A stretch of DNA of 39,719 nucleotides from Paramoeba atlantica (taxonomy: Eukaryota > Protista > Discosea). Below the pieces are notes generated by a model, which saw only the letters and a list, made by a program, of their open reading frames with translations, was not told the origin of the DNA and made no database searches. This document shows, piece after piece, positions 1-11,577 of this stretch (position 1 is its first letter; the number at the start of each line of letters is the position of its first letter). The DNA lies in NCBI GenBank assembly GCA_977017575.1, contig CDRNVI010000165.1:1-39719 (forward strand), read 5' to 3'. The position numbers and the translations under genes were made by a program.

Positions 1-500
1 GCTAAACCCCTAAACCCTAAACCCTAAACCCTAAACCCTAAACCCTAAACCCTAAACCCTAAACCCTAAACCCTAAACCCTAAACCCTAAACCCTAAACC
101 CTAAACCCTAAACCCTAAACCCTAAACCCTAAACCCTAAACCCTAAACCCTAAACCCTAAACCCTAAACCCTAAACCCTAAACCCTAAACCCTAAACCCT
201 AAACCCTAAACCCTAAACCCTAAACCCTAAACCCTAAACCCTAAACCCTAAACCCTAAACCCTAAACCCTAAACCCTAAACCCTAAACCCTAAACCCTAA
301 ACCCTAAACCCTAAACCCTAAACCCTAAACCCTAAACCCTAAACCCTAAACCCTAAACCCTAAACCCTAAACCCTAAACCCTAAACCCTAAACCCTAAAC
401 CCTAAACCCTAAACCCTAAACCCTAAACCCTAAACCCTAAACCCTAAACCCTAAACCCTAAACCCTAAACCCTAAACCCTAAACCCTAAACCCTAAACCC
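1..500. repeat. Telomeric repeat array (CCCTAAA)n, i.e. TTTAGGG on the minus strand, about 71 units
   Basis: Near-perfect 7-bp tandem repeat from base 1 to 500 (one CCCC variant at the start). The C-rich strand is on +, as expected at a left chromosome end. Confidence 0.98.
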
Positions 501-891
501 TTTCAATCCAAACTGTTCTTGAAAATGTTTTAATTTTCCCTGTAATAATTACTAAAAATATTCAAGGATGGTTCTATCAATTCCAAGAAAGCAACTTTGT
601 GAGGAACTTTATTGAAAAAGATTTTCAAAGGAATGTAATTAACTTTATTAAAAACTCTAAACTAAATTCACTTCCTGCTTTTAAAAGACAAACAATCAAA
701 CATAGATCTCTTAATAAGAATTAAAGTTGGTAAAGAAACTCCAATACATTCCATGCTAAAAAGATTATTGAGTTTAATTTTTTATTTATTTTCTCTTTTT
801 TCTTCTTTTTTTCTTCTTTTTTTTCCATCCTAGAGATGATTTTTTAACTCCAATAAATAGCACCTGATGTCTAAACTTAAAAAAAAAAAAA
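501..891 (+). mobile_element. LINE 3' remnant (copy 0), heavily mutated, fused directly to the telomere
   Basis: Matches the 3' end of the other LINE copies (codes ...LIFPVIITKNIQGWFYQFQES...). Carries the 3' UTR with CCATCCTAGAGATG and AATAAA, and a poly(A) at 879-891. Confidence 0.9.
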
Positions 892-1032
892 TTCATTTGT
901 ACAACTGATTGAAAATTGAATTTTATCACTTTTTTTGAGTTTTGTATTCTTTTTTACTGAATAAATATTAAAAAAGAGAAAGAAAGAAAGAAAAGAAAAA
1001 AAAAAATAAAATAAAAAAAAAAAAATAAAAAA

Positions 1033-1065
<33 letters not shown>

Positions 1066-1279
1066 GATTCCTTCCAGAGGAGCCTAATTAGTCTTTTTGA
1101 GTCTAATTAAGCTCCTGTTTGTTGGCTAAAATAAAGTTCATTTTTAAACTTTTTTTTTTTTACTTTTTTTTGTGTTTTTTTGAGATTTTTTCTTGATTTT
1201 CATCATAATGCCTTTCTTAAAAAGTCTGAATGAAAAAAGTTACAGTGATGAGAAAAATGAATTCTAAATTAACTTCTCT

Positions 1280-2312
1280 TTTTTTTTTTTTAAGGTTCAG
1301 ACACCAGGTGCCATTTATTAGAGTTAAAAAACCATCTCTAGGATGGAAAAGAGGGGGGAAGAAAGGGGGGGGGGAAGGAAGATAATTTAAGAATTAGATC
1401 CAAAGATCTCTTTAGCATAGAATGCATTGGAGTTTCTTTACCAACTTTAGTTTTCACTGAGGGGTCTGCATTTGATTGTCCACCTTCTGAAACCAGAGAG
1501 TGAATTTGGTTTGGAGGTTTTTATGAAGTTAATTACATTTCTTCAAAAATCTTTCTCAATAAAGTTCCTCATCAAATTGCTTTCTTGGAACTGATGGAAC
1601 CATCCTTGGATATCTTTAGTAATTATTACAGGGAGGATTAAAGCATTCTCAAGAGCAGTTTGGGCTGGAAACAAAACATGGGGGGTTGTCACTGTGTTTC
1701 CTTGGAATTTCCTTACAAAATTCCCTGGAGAGATGGAGAAAGTTCAGTCACAGGTGAGGAGAGAATTGATCCAGTTCCACAAGGTTGAATTCAAAATAAT
1801 TCACTCTTCACTGGTTTCTGCAATATGTTGTGATCTTGGATCCCAATGATGGTCATTCACAGCACATGTTCCATCTTCTTTAGACCAACTTGCAGCAGTT
1901 GCAATTACATCAGCTCGCTTGTTAAGTTCTTGGGGTACATGGATGAATTCTATCTCATCAAAGCATATTGCTAACTTACAGATTTCACAAAGTAGTTCAT
2001 TCAAGGCATAGTTTTTGATGACATGGGTTTTGGGTGCAGCTTTGGTGAGAATCATACAATCCCCAATAATTTCAATCTCATTCGTCATTGATTTGGTGCA
2101 TTGCATTTCTTTCAAACAGCCTGTAAATTCACCAATATTGTTGGACCCAAGAGGGATGGTTTCAAACCCACCACATATCTCTTTCTCTTCCCTGAAAACT
2201 GCAAAACCTGCACCCCCCAGATGGGAGTCTGTACAGCCTGAATCATTATAAAACACTTGAAAACCTTTAAATTTAAAACTTTCCTTCTCTTTGGTTCTTT
2301 TCTTTGTTTGGG
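1280..2312 (-). mobile_element. 5'-truncated LINE (copy A): RNase H, C-terminal domain and 3' UTR
   Basis: Poly(T) starts at 1280. An 18-bp TSD, TTCTAAATTAACTTCTCT, lies at 1262-1279 and 2313-2330. ORF 1801-2256 matches the RNase H of ORF2 at 31880-32159. Confidence 0.95.
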
Positions 2313-5300
2313 TTCTAAATTAACTTCTCTAAAAATTGAAAAATTGAAAAAGGATACTATTTGATTTTGCAAAGCTGTGAACTTTCACTCTTCTCATCTT
2401 CTAAGGAAACATTTTGGTGATCAATATCAAGGAGCATCTCTTTCTTTACTTAAGATGAAAGGGTGGAACTTTAGAGCTATGATAGGAAATCTCAAATGAT
2501 AGTTTTGCTTTGTTCTTCTATTTTTTAGAATGATTACCTTCTGGCTTTTCCTGAAAATTTAAAATTTGTTAGAGAAGTGGATGTTTTTTTTTTTTAAGGT
2601 TCAGACATCAGGTGCCATTTATTAGAGTTAAAAAACCATCTCTAGGATGGAAAAGAGGGGGGAAAAAAGGGGGGGGGGGGGAAAGATAAATTAAGAGTTA
2701 GATCCAAAGATCTCTTCAACATGGAATGCATTGGAGTTTCTTTACCAACTTTAGTTCTCACTAAGGGGTCTGCATTTGATTGTTCGCCTTCTAAAACCAG
2801 GGAGTGAATTTGGTTTGGAGGTTTCTATGAAGTTAATTACATTCCTTCGAAAATCTTCCTTGATAAAGCTCCTCACCAGATTGCTCTCTTGGGACTAATA
2901 GAACCATTCTTGAATATCTTTAGTAATTATTACAGGGAAAATTAGAACATTCTCAAGAGCAATTTGGGCCAGAAACAAAACATGGGAGGTTGTTACCATG
3001 TTTCCTTGGAATTTCCTTACAAAATTCCCTAAGGGGATGGGGAAAGTCCAGTCATGGGTGAGGGGGGAATTGATCCAGTTCCACAGGGTTGAATTCAAAA
3101 TAATCCACTCTTCACTGGTTTCTGCAATATATTGTGATCTTGGATCCCAATGATGGTCATTCACAGCACATGTTCCATCTTCTTTAGATCAACTTGCAGC
3201 AGTTGCAATTGCATCAGTTCACTTGTTAAGTTCTCAGGGTACATGGATGAATTCTATCTTGTCAAAGCATATTGCTAACTTATGGATTTCACAAAGTAGT
3301 TTATTCAAGGTATAGTTTTTGATGGCATGGGTTTTGGGTGCAGCCTTGGTGAGAATCATATAATCTCTGACAACTTCAATCTCATTCATCATTGATCTGG
3401 CACATTGCATTCCTTTCAAACAGCCTGTAAATTCACCAATATTGTTGGACCCAAGAGGAATGGTTTCAAACCCACCACAAATCTCTTTCCTTTCCCTGAA
3501 AACTGCAAAGCCCACACTCCCCAGATGAGGGTCTGTACAGCCTGAACCATCATAAAACACTTGAAAGCCTTTAAATTTAAAACATTTCTTTTCTTTGGTT
3601 TCTTTCTTTGTTTGGGTTCTTGGGGGCCAAAGGAGGATTTTGTTCTTTCTCAAGATTTTTTCGAAAATTTCAGTAGCATACTGGGGTGATTTTGATCCTT
3701 CTGCACACACTGTGAGCCACAAACTCAACAGGGCAACACTCACCACAGAGGTTTCTTGTCTGGTGAGAAAATTTGAGACAAAGCCACACACATTCTTAGT
3801 TTTTTGCCAGTTGGGTACATTCAACAAAATACATTTCCTTCCCATTGCTTGGAGGAGGCCCTCAGCCACAGAACATTCCTTCAAAAGATGAGATTGTGAC
3901 TCCTTTTCATGGTGGCAGAGTCAGCAACTTGAATTTTGGTTTGTGAAGTGAGCCAACTTGTCTCTTGTAGGCAGTCCTCTTATTAGGAACTTAATCAAAT
4001 TCCTCTTAAGTTGGGGCCTAATTGCATGTGCCAAGTTGTACACCACACACTCAGCTCTTCCTTCACCCACATACAGATCTTTGATTTCAATGGGGATCAC
4101 TCAAGACATATTGGAATAAGCAACTCAAGTGGCCTGACCAAACACAACTTTGGCAGAGAGGCTTTGAGCTGCAAAAAGGGCATCCTTTCGTATGGCTCCA
4201 ATGGAAAGAGGACTCCGATAATCGTTCCTCATTGGTGGACGAGAAGTGAGGAGGGCCCAGTTAAAAACAATTGGATGGTGCAGTTGGGGGTTTGAGTCCA
4301 AGGGAGGATAGCATGAGGTAAGAATGGAGGTTTTTGTGTTGGCATAGGCACCCAGAGCTGAGCGGATGGACTTCCACATCAAGGAGGTGACAGATTTTGG
4401 AATCAGTTTGAATCTCGCTAAATATCCCATGCATGGAGTTAGATAGGTATTGACCATCCTTACTCTCGAGCGAAAATTGCCACCCCTTTTTTTGATTGCT
4501 GCTCCAACTTTCTTCATCTTTAGGATCACTTTCTCCCAATCCTTAAGAGGAGATAACCGTTTACTCAACCTCACTCCCAGATATACAGTTTCATCACCAC
4601 AGTAATTGGATCTTGCCATCTCAGCCCAGGGGCCTACAGGTTTGAAAGACTCAGTTGAGAGGACAAAGCACTTATTAAAATTCAGTTTAGCTCCAGTCGC
4701 TTCTTCATATTTCTTGAAGGTTGGAGTGAGAGAATTGATGGTTTCAGCTTTCTGAATCACCATCCCCAAGTCATCCATAAAGCCTGATAGGTCTTGGGGG
4801 TTGTATTCCTTCTTCAGGCTCACCAGGAGGATATTAAATACAATTACAAACAAAAGGGGGGAGATCGGGCATCCTTGTCTAACACCAGTTCAACTTTGGA
4901 TTGATTCATTGTTGCCTCCCCTCTTGGATCCACCAATATTCGGCAGCCAGGTTACAGATTCTCAAAGCACCTTTTCAACAACATAGATCACTTGGGGGGG
5001 GGCATTCAAACCTTTGAGAATATGAAGAAGTGCATCATGATTCACATAATCATATGTCTTGCAAAAGTTTGTTTGGAGGAGGGTCACATCTTTTCCTTCT
5101 GCCAGAGCTTCGTAGAAAGAATTATACACTGATTCCACTGCTTCATCAATTGACCTCCCCTTAAACATCACATGCTGTTCTTTAGAAATTACTCCACTTG
5201 CAATCTCCATCAGTCATTTTGTCTAATATCTCATCACAATCCGATAATCTGAATTGGTAACACTGATTGGTCGAAATTGGTCAGGGTGAGGGATATTCTC

Positions 5301-6054
5301 AACTTTGGGAATCAAACAGAGTTGGCTCTCACCAAAAGAGGGGGGGAACTCCATAATCTCACCCACTTGTTGAATTAATTCCATCCACATGTCAAAATAC
5401 TCTTTTCCTTTCTCCTCTTTCCTACTTTTCTTTTTTTTCTTTTTCGCTGGCTTCTTGGTTACAGGTAATGGTTTGGTCCCAGTAGAAGTTGGTTCCTTCT
5501 CCTCAACTGTTTCTTCTGACACCATCTTCTTCCTCAGTCTGGATTTTGGCTTTAATTTCAGTTCCTCAACCACCCTATCAATAATGTGGCCAAGGAAATC
5601 TGCATCAAAACTCAACTCTTATTTAAACTGTCCTTTTTCCAACTCACTCTTCAACTTCTTAAGGCTATCTTCAGTCCTCTCCCACTCACACTGGAAATTC
5701 ACCCTATTTAATATTTTCCAAACTCCTTCAGTATCGTAGATAGTCATTGACCATTTGCTCCCAGAAATTGGATCAGATGAAAATCAAGGTCTGCTCATGT
5801 CTGGGGAAATCTCATCCTCATCTTCAATTAAAATAACCCCTCTCAGCATCAGTTTCAGCAACAATGTCTTCAAGGAAATCCATCATATCTTTTTGAGGGA
5901 TTGTTGGGGTTTCTGATGTACTGCCCGAGCGAGATGATGTGGCCGAAGTTTGGGAGGGTGATTCCTTACGAGGTTTAGTAGTCTTGAGTGAAGATTTGGG
6001 TTGATTACTTCTTGAAGGGGCTGATTTTTCCTTGGAGGAACCTTCTCAAAGAGC

Positions 6055-6698
6055 TTTTTTTTTTTTAAGGTTCAGACACCAGGTGCCATTTATTAGAGTT
6101 AAAAAACCATCTCTAGGATGGAAAAGAGGGGGGAAGAAAGGGGGGGGGGAGGGAAGATAAATTAAGAGTTAGATCCAAAGATCTCTTCAGCATGGGATGC
6201 ATTGGAGTTTCTTTACCAACTTTAGTTCTCACTAAGGGGTCTGCGTTTGATTGTTTGCCTTCTAAAACCAGGGAGTGAATTCGGTTTGGAGGTTTCTATG
6301 AAGTTAATTACATTCCTTCGAAAATCTTCCTCGATAAAGCTCCTCACCAGATTGCTCTCTTGGGACTGATGGAACCATCCTTGGATATCTTTAGTAATTA
6401 TTACAGGGAGAATTAGAGCATTCTCAAGAGCAGTTTGGGCCGGAAACAAAACATGGGGGGTTGTCACCATGTTTCCTTGGAATTTCCTTACAAAATTCCC
6501 TGGGGGGATGGGGAAAGTCCAGTCATGGGTGAGGGGGGAATTGATCCAGTTCCACAGGGTTGAATTCAAAATAATCCACTCTTCACTGGTTTCTGCAACA
6601 TGTTGTGATCTTGGATCCCAATGATGGTCATTCACAGCACATGTTCCATCCTCTTTAGACCAACTTGCAGCAGTTGCAATTGCATCAGCTCACTTGTT
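6055..6698 (-). mobile_element. 5'-truncated LINE (copy C) nested in ORF1 of copy B
   Basis: Poly(T) at 6055-6066. A ~16-bp TSD, AACCTTCTC(A/G)AAGAG(C/T), lies at 6039-6054 and 6699-6714. ORF 6222-6635 is the ORF2 C-terminus. Confidence 0.93.
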
Positions 6699-7177
6699 AA
6701 CCTTCTCGAAGAGTAGTTTCCCTCATGTTTGTGCTTTGATCAACTTCCATTGGGGTTGTAGATGAGGGATGAGGGTCAGCAGACTTCATTGAGGGTGGTG
6801 CCCTCTGATTGGGATTTGGTAATATGGGAAATTGGGACAGAGAGAGATTCGTACCTTGGTTCTCTTGATTAGTCAAGGACTCTGTAGGAATAATAAATCT
6901 TTTATGAGACTGTTCCCTCAATTTCGTAATTGTCACAGGAAGGGAAGAAGATTTCCTCCAAGAGTCTATCTCATTATTTAACTTTTTGATGATTCCTCCC
7001 TCTCCCTCCTTGTCCACAATCTCCTTCACACATTTTAAATGCCTTGAGTGTGAAATCTCACACACTTGGCAATTTATTTTCTCGTGAAAGGGACTCATAG
7101 GGGTCCACAGAGAGATCCTACCTTGGAACTCATTGTTAATAATAAAAGAACCTCTGTGCTTGGCAATAATACATGTC

Positions 7178-7598
7178 TTTTTTTTTCTTTTTGAGGTAGA
7201 TTTTATTCAATTAGTAGTTCTTAATCTAAACCATTTGAATTACATTAAATTATATTTGTTTTTAACCTCTAACGAGAGGTGAAGTTTTAAACTTCAGCTT
7301 AGTTCAGTCGGTCTTTATGCTGAACTTTAGAACTTCTGCAAGTTCAGGCTGGAGGATGCACATCAGAAGGGAGAATAATCCAAAGCTCCTTCCAAGGGAA
7401 TTTATCCTCAACTTTTTAGCAGACAGGGCTGAGATGTAACCTGTTCTGATTTTCACACTTCTTCAAAAGCTCCTCACTCCAATCAAATCACTCTACAGCA
7501 CCAGAAAAATTTTCTATAATATCGAAAAACTGGGATTTGAATTCGCCCCCCTGAGGTTGGACATAGTTGAATTTATGACTAAACTACAGGCACCAACC
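7178..7598 (-). mobile_element. tRNA-headed SINE (copy 1) inserted in ORF1 of LINE copy B
   Basis: Poly(T) at 7178 and a 17-bp TSD, T(G/A)GCAATAATACATGTC, at 7161-7177 and 7599-7615. Homologous to 18613-19037, 32165-32485 and 33763-34187. Confidence 0.92.
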
Positions 7599-8406
7599 TA
7601 GCAATAATACATGTCAGAATAAGAGGGATTACATTATAGAAGATGACAATACAATCGTCGCTGATCTGAGTCATCTCTTTTAATCCATGGCAAGGAAGAG
7701 CAGATTTGCCAATAAACAATTTTTGGATCCACTCTTCCCCTTTGATTAAAAAGGGGACACAGAGTTTAAAGCCCCATAAATTCCAATCCTGGTTGTTCTT
7801 CCAGACAAAGGGCTTCCCAAAACCAGTTGCAAGGAAGGAACCATTTTCCAAAATGACTTTCTCCAGGGGTTCACACGTTTTTTCATCAAAGGTGGCTACG
7901 TTGAGGTGGCCTTTCATAACATGCAAGAGGAAATTCCCTCTCAACTTAGGGACTTTGTTGAGTGTGGCCATCACTCTCTGATAGTTTGGCATTCCTTCAT
8001 AGAAACAAAAGAAACCCATTACAAAGATGGGGTGAATTATTGTGTTGTTCTTCACAGGGTTAACCTCAGTTCCAATATGAGACAAGGTCTTCAGTATTTC
8101 TTTCTCAACTCGCGACCACCATCCTTCCTCAGGCACTCTCTTCAAGGTTGATTTGATTGGAATTTCTTCAGAATTCCCACTTGGGTTTGCATTTTTTTTT
8201 TCGTTCTTCGAATACAAGGGGGAGTGGGACCCATTCTGGGAGCCCTTAGGGGAAGAGGATGTACTCTTTTCACTGGACATAATAGATTTCTCTGAAGTAC
8301 TCAACTAGGTGGGGTTTCACCAACACAGCAGGTGAAGGAAAGAAAATCAAATTGGGCAAGGAAAGTCTCCTTGAACCAACCCAATTTTTTTTTAGAGAAG
8401 TGGATG

Positions 8407-10216
8407 TCTCAGAGGGTTGTAGGACTTCAACTCATTCATTTTCATCTTTATCATCCTCTTCTGGCTCAGGAGGATCAAGTTCTGGTTCATTCCAGGCATC
8501 AACAACCTTTGTGCCTGTTTTGGGCTCATCTGATACTGATGATGAAGATACTGAATCTTGTTCTGATATTGAGGAGGAAAGAGAAGACAATGCAGCAGAA
8601 TTTGTTGAAAATGATCTTTTCTTTGTTTCTGAATGGTCTTCCTCAACAACTGATGCTCATGCTGTGATAGAAGCACAAGACCTCAAGGCCTGTACAAGAA
8701 TTCGCTTTGATGCTGTTCATGTCCTTACTTTCTTCAATATTTTTCTCCAAGTTCTGCCTCTAACCTTTTTAAAAACTGATGTGCTGAAAGCAACAAATGA
8801 GTTTAACCATTCTTTGAACTTCACTGAAGCTGAAATGCTTGATTTTATTGTCTTGCACCAGATTATGTCTTTTTACCCAGGACATAAAAGAACAGATTTT
8901 TTTCAAATTTCAAAGGATTCAGCTGAATCTTTCTTGCATGGTACACTGTCTTATCTTGGGAAATATATCAGTAGAAATCAGTTTGATAAGATTGTTTCCT
9001 TTCTTAAACTTGCTCCTCTCTCTGCAAAACCCTCTTCCACAGACTGTATGTGGGAAATTCAACCCTGATTGCTGCTTTTAATGAAAAAATGAAGACCATC
9101 TTTGTTCCAAGTTGACAAGTCTGTTTGGATGAGTCTATGGTGGTGTGGTTTTGTAAATGGGCTCCTGGTTAGATGTTTGTTCAGAGGAAATCTCATCCTT
9201 TTGGAAATAAATATCATACAATTGATTGTGGGGAGACTAAAGTGATATTCTTTCTTGAAATTGTAGAAAGAAAGTCCCATCCTCCAGAAATGGACCTGCC
9301 TAAGTTTCAACCTCCATCTGGTTCTAGAGTGAAAACTGTTGGTTTAATGCTTAGAATGACTGAGGAAATTTGGAGAACTGGTTGAGTAGTTGCTTTGGAT
9401 AGTGGTTTTTGTGTGTTGGAAAGTTATATTCAACTTTCTGAAAAGGGATTGTATTGTACTTCAGTTGTGAAGAAAAAACGATATTAGTCCAAAGGAATTC
9501 CAAGGGAAGAAATTGTTGCACACCTCAAAAAGAAGGAACCTGATTATGTGAAAGTGAAGAAAGGATCTCTGAGAGGTCATAAATTCTATGTAGAGGCTTT
9601 CTAAGATGTTCATCACTCTTCTATAATGATTAATACCTGGGGAACTTCTTTTCCCACTGGTTACCCACAAAATTGCAAGTTTGAAGGTCAAAGACTCTCC
9701 CTATAATATACTCAGCTTTTTGACTTTTACTATTAAACCAGACATTGTGTGGATGATCACAACCAACTGAGGCAAGGTTTTCTCTCTTTGGAGAGTTCTT
9801 GGAAGACCAAAAAATGGGTCCACAGGCAGTTTGCTTTCATTTTTGCAGTTGTGGAAGTCAATGCCTTCCTCATATTTCAGCACTTTTTCCTCCAAGCCAA
9901 AGAGCTCTCCTTTGCAGAATTTTGTTTTGAGGTTGCCCAAGGTTTATTCTCTCAGAATCATCCCTTGGATGAAGGCTATAACCTGCAAATACCACTCCCA
10001 ACTCATGTAGAATATCATCTGATGACCAAGCCCAACTTTGCTGAAGTTTGGTGAAATGGTAATTGGACTGAAGCCAAATAAGAGTACCAGAAGAGTAAAT
10101 GCAATAGGACAAATTGTACAAAGAAAGTTCAAACCTATTGCTCCTGTGATCAAACACTTATTTTTTGTTCAAGTTGCTTTGCTGACCATATGAGCAGGCA
10201 TATGACTGAGGATTAA
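8407..10216 (+). pseudogene. piggyBac-family (DDE_Tnp_1_7-like) transposase pseudogene
   Basis: Acidic N-terminal tract, then FFNIFLQVLP...ATNE...ISRNQFDKI. Catalytic-type CLDESM (9128), LDSGF (9398) and VDDHNQLR (9752), plus RKSHPFG. Cys-rich C-terminus CNRTNC...YCSCDQ...CSSCF. Multiple stops and frameshifts. The N-terminal part continues at about 1257-1279 and 2331-2583. Confidence 0.88.
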
Positions 10217-10428
10217 TTAGTTCTTTTGAAAAATGATGATTTTTTTTTTTTGGTAACTCAATTTTTTTTTTCAAAAAACAATATTTGGACAAATATTTCT
10301 TGATATTTTTGTTTAAAAAATCTTTATTAAAAAGTTTATCAAAAAAAATCTCCCCTCCACCCACCAGTGGCTTCAAAAAAGGAGTCAAAAATAGGGACTT
10401 AATTAGTCTTTTAGCTTGAAAGGAACCC

Positions 10429-10892
10429 AAAAGAAAAAGAAAGATAAAGAAAAAAGAAAAAAAAGAAAGAAAAGAAAAAAGAAAAAAAAAGAAAAAAAAA
10501 GAAAAAAAGAGAAAAGAGAGAAAAGAAAGAAAAGAAAAAAAGAAAAAAGAAAGAAAAAACAAAAAAAAGAAAAGAAAAAACAAAAAGAAAAAAAGAGAAA
10601 AGAAAGAAAAAGAAAGAAAAAGAAAAAAGAAAGAAAAAGAGAGAAAAGAAAGAAAAAAAGAAAGAAAAAGAAAGAAAGAAAAAGAAAAAAAGAGGAAGAA
10701 AAGAAAAAGAAAAGAAAAGAAAAAACAAAGAAAAAGAAACAAAAGAAAGGAAAGAAAAAACAGAAAAAAAGAGAAAAAGAAAAAGAAAAAGAAAGAAAAA
10801 GAAACAAAGAAAAAGAAAGAAAAAGAAAGAAAAAGAAAAAGAAAGAAAAAGAAAGAAAAAGAAAGAAAAAGAAAAAACAAAGAAAGAGAAGA
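10429..10892. repeat. ~460-bp polypurine (A/G) low-complexity tract
   Basis: Almost only A and G on +, built from AAAAG/AAAG-like units. It generates spurious K/R/E-rich and F/L/S-rich ORFs. Confidence 0.95.
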
Positions 10893-11012
10893 CACACCTC
10901 CAAACTAGTTTTTAGGCTAAAAGCTTCAAGTCCATCAAAGAGAAAACTGAAAAAAAGAAAAGAAAGACTTTTTTTTTCTCTTTAAGAGATAAACAAAACA
11001 ATTTTAAACATA

Positions 11013-11577
11013 ATAGATAGAAATGAAACATCCATAGGTACAAATGAAACATCCATAGGTACAAATGAAACATCCATAGGTACAAATGAAACATCCATAG
11101 GTACAAACGAAATATAATAGGTATAAATAAAACATAATAGGTACAAATAAAACATAATAGGTAGAAATGAAATATTCATAGGTAGAAATGAAACATGATA
11201 GGTATAAATGAAACATGATAGGTAGAAATGAAACATGATAGGTACAAATAAAACATGATAGGTAGAAATGAAACATTCATAGGTAAAAATGAAATATCCA
11301 TAAGTACAAACAAAACATGATAGGTATAAATGAAACATTCATAGGTAGAAATGAAATATGATAGGTACAAATAAAACATGATAGGTAGAAATGAAACATT
11401 TATAGGTAGAAATGAAACATTCATAGGTACAAATGAAACATGATAAGTATAAATGAAACATTCATAGGTATAAATAAAACATGATAGGTACAAATGAAAC
11501 ATGGTAGGTACAAATGAAACATGATAGGTACAAATGAAATATGATAGATAGAAATGAAATATTCATAGGTAGAAATG
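11013..11577. repeat. Minisatellite with 20/21-bp units, consensus ATAGGTA(C/G/T)AAAT(G/A)AAACAT(G/CC/TC), about 27 copies
   Basis: Direct tandem units, e.g. four perfect AAATGAAACATCCATAGGTAC at about 11021-11104, followed by interspersed 20-bp and 21-bp variants. Confidence 0.93.

Larger units (their letters stand above)
2584..8391 (-). mobile_element. Originally full-length LINE (copy B), decayed, with a ~1.9-kb internal deletion and two nested insertions
   Basis: Poly(T) at 2584 and a 15-bp TSD, TTAGAGAAGTGGATG, at 2569-2583 and 8392-8406. ORF fragments 3234-3884, 4125-4853, 4962-5210, 5223-5615, 6697-7098 and 7579-8304 match ORF1/ORF2 of copy E. Confidence 0.95.
1107..10402 (+). mobile_element. 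piggyBac-like DNA transposon, decayed and interrupted by LINE insertions
   Basis: TTAA at 1107-1110 and 10399-10402, each next to an imperfect inverted end (GCTCCTGTTTGTTGGCT versus reverse complement GTCCCTATTTTTGACT). Removing the TSD-bounded LINEs leaves about 2414 bp containing a piggyBac-type transposase. The ends are less certain than the transposase. Confidence 0.6.

Noticed and set aside
1-8391. Telomere-repeat-targeting LINE of TRAS/SART type
   Set aside because: Five of six copies sit in non-telomeric targets, and none of the readable TSDs contains telomeric repeat.
8352-8406. Track start of the 238-aa ORF (MGKESLL...)
   Set aside because: This part is the antisense LINE 5' end plus the TSD. 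The transposase frame only belongs to piggyBac from about 8392.
11013-11577. CRISPR-like regular repeats
   Set aside because: The units are directly tandem with no unique spacers, no cas genes are present, and the context is eukaryotic.
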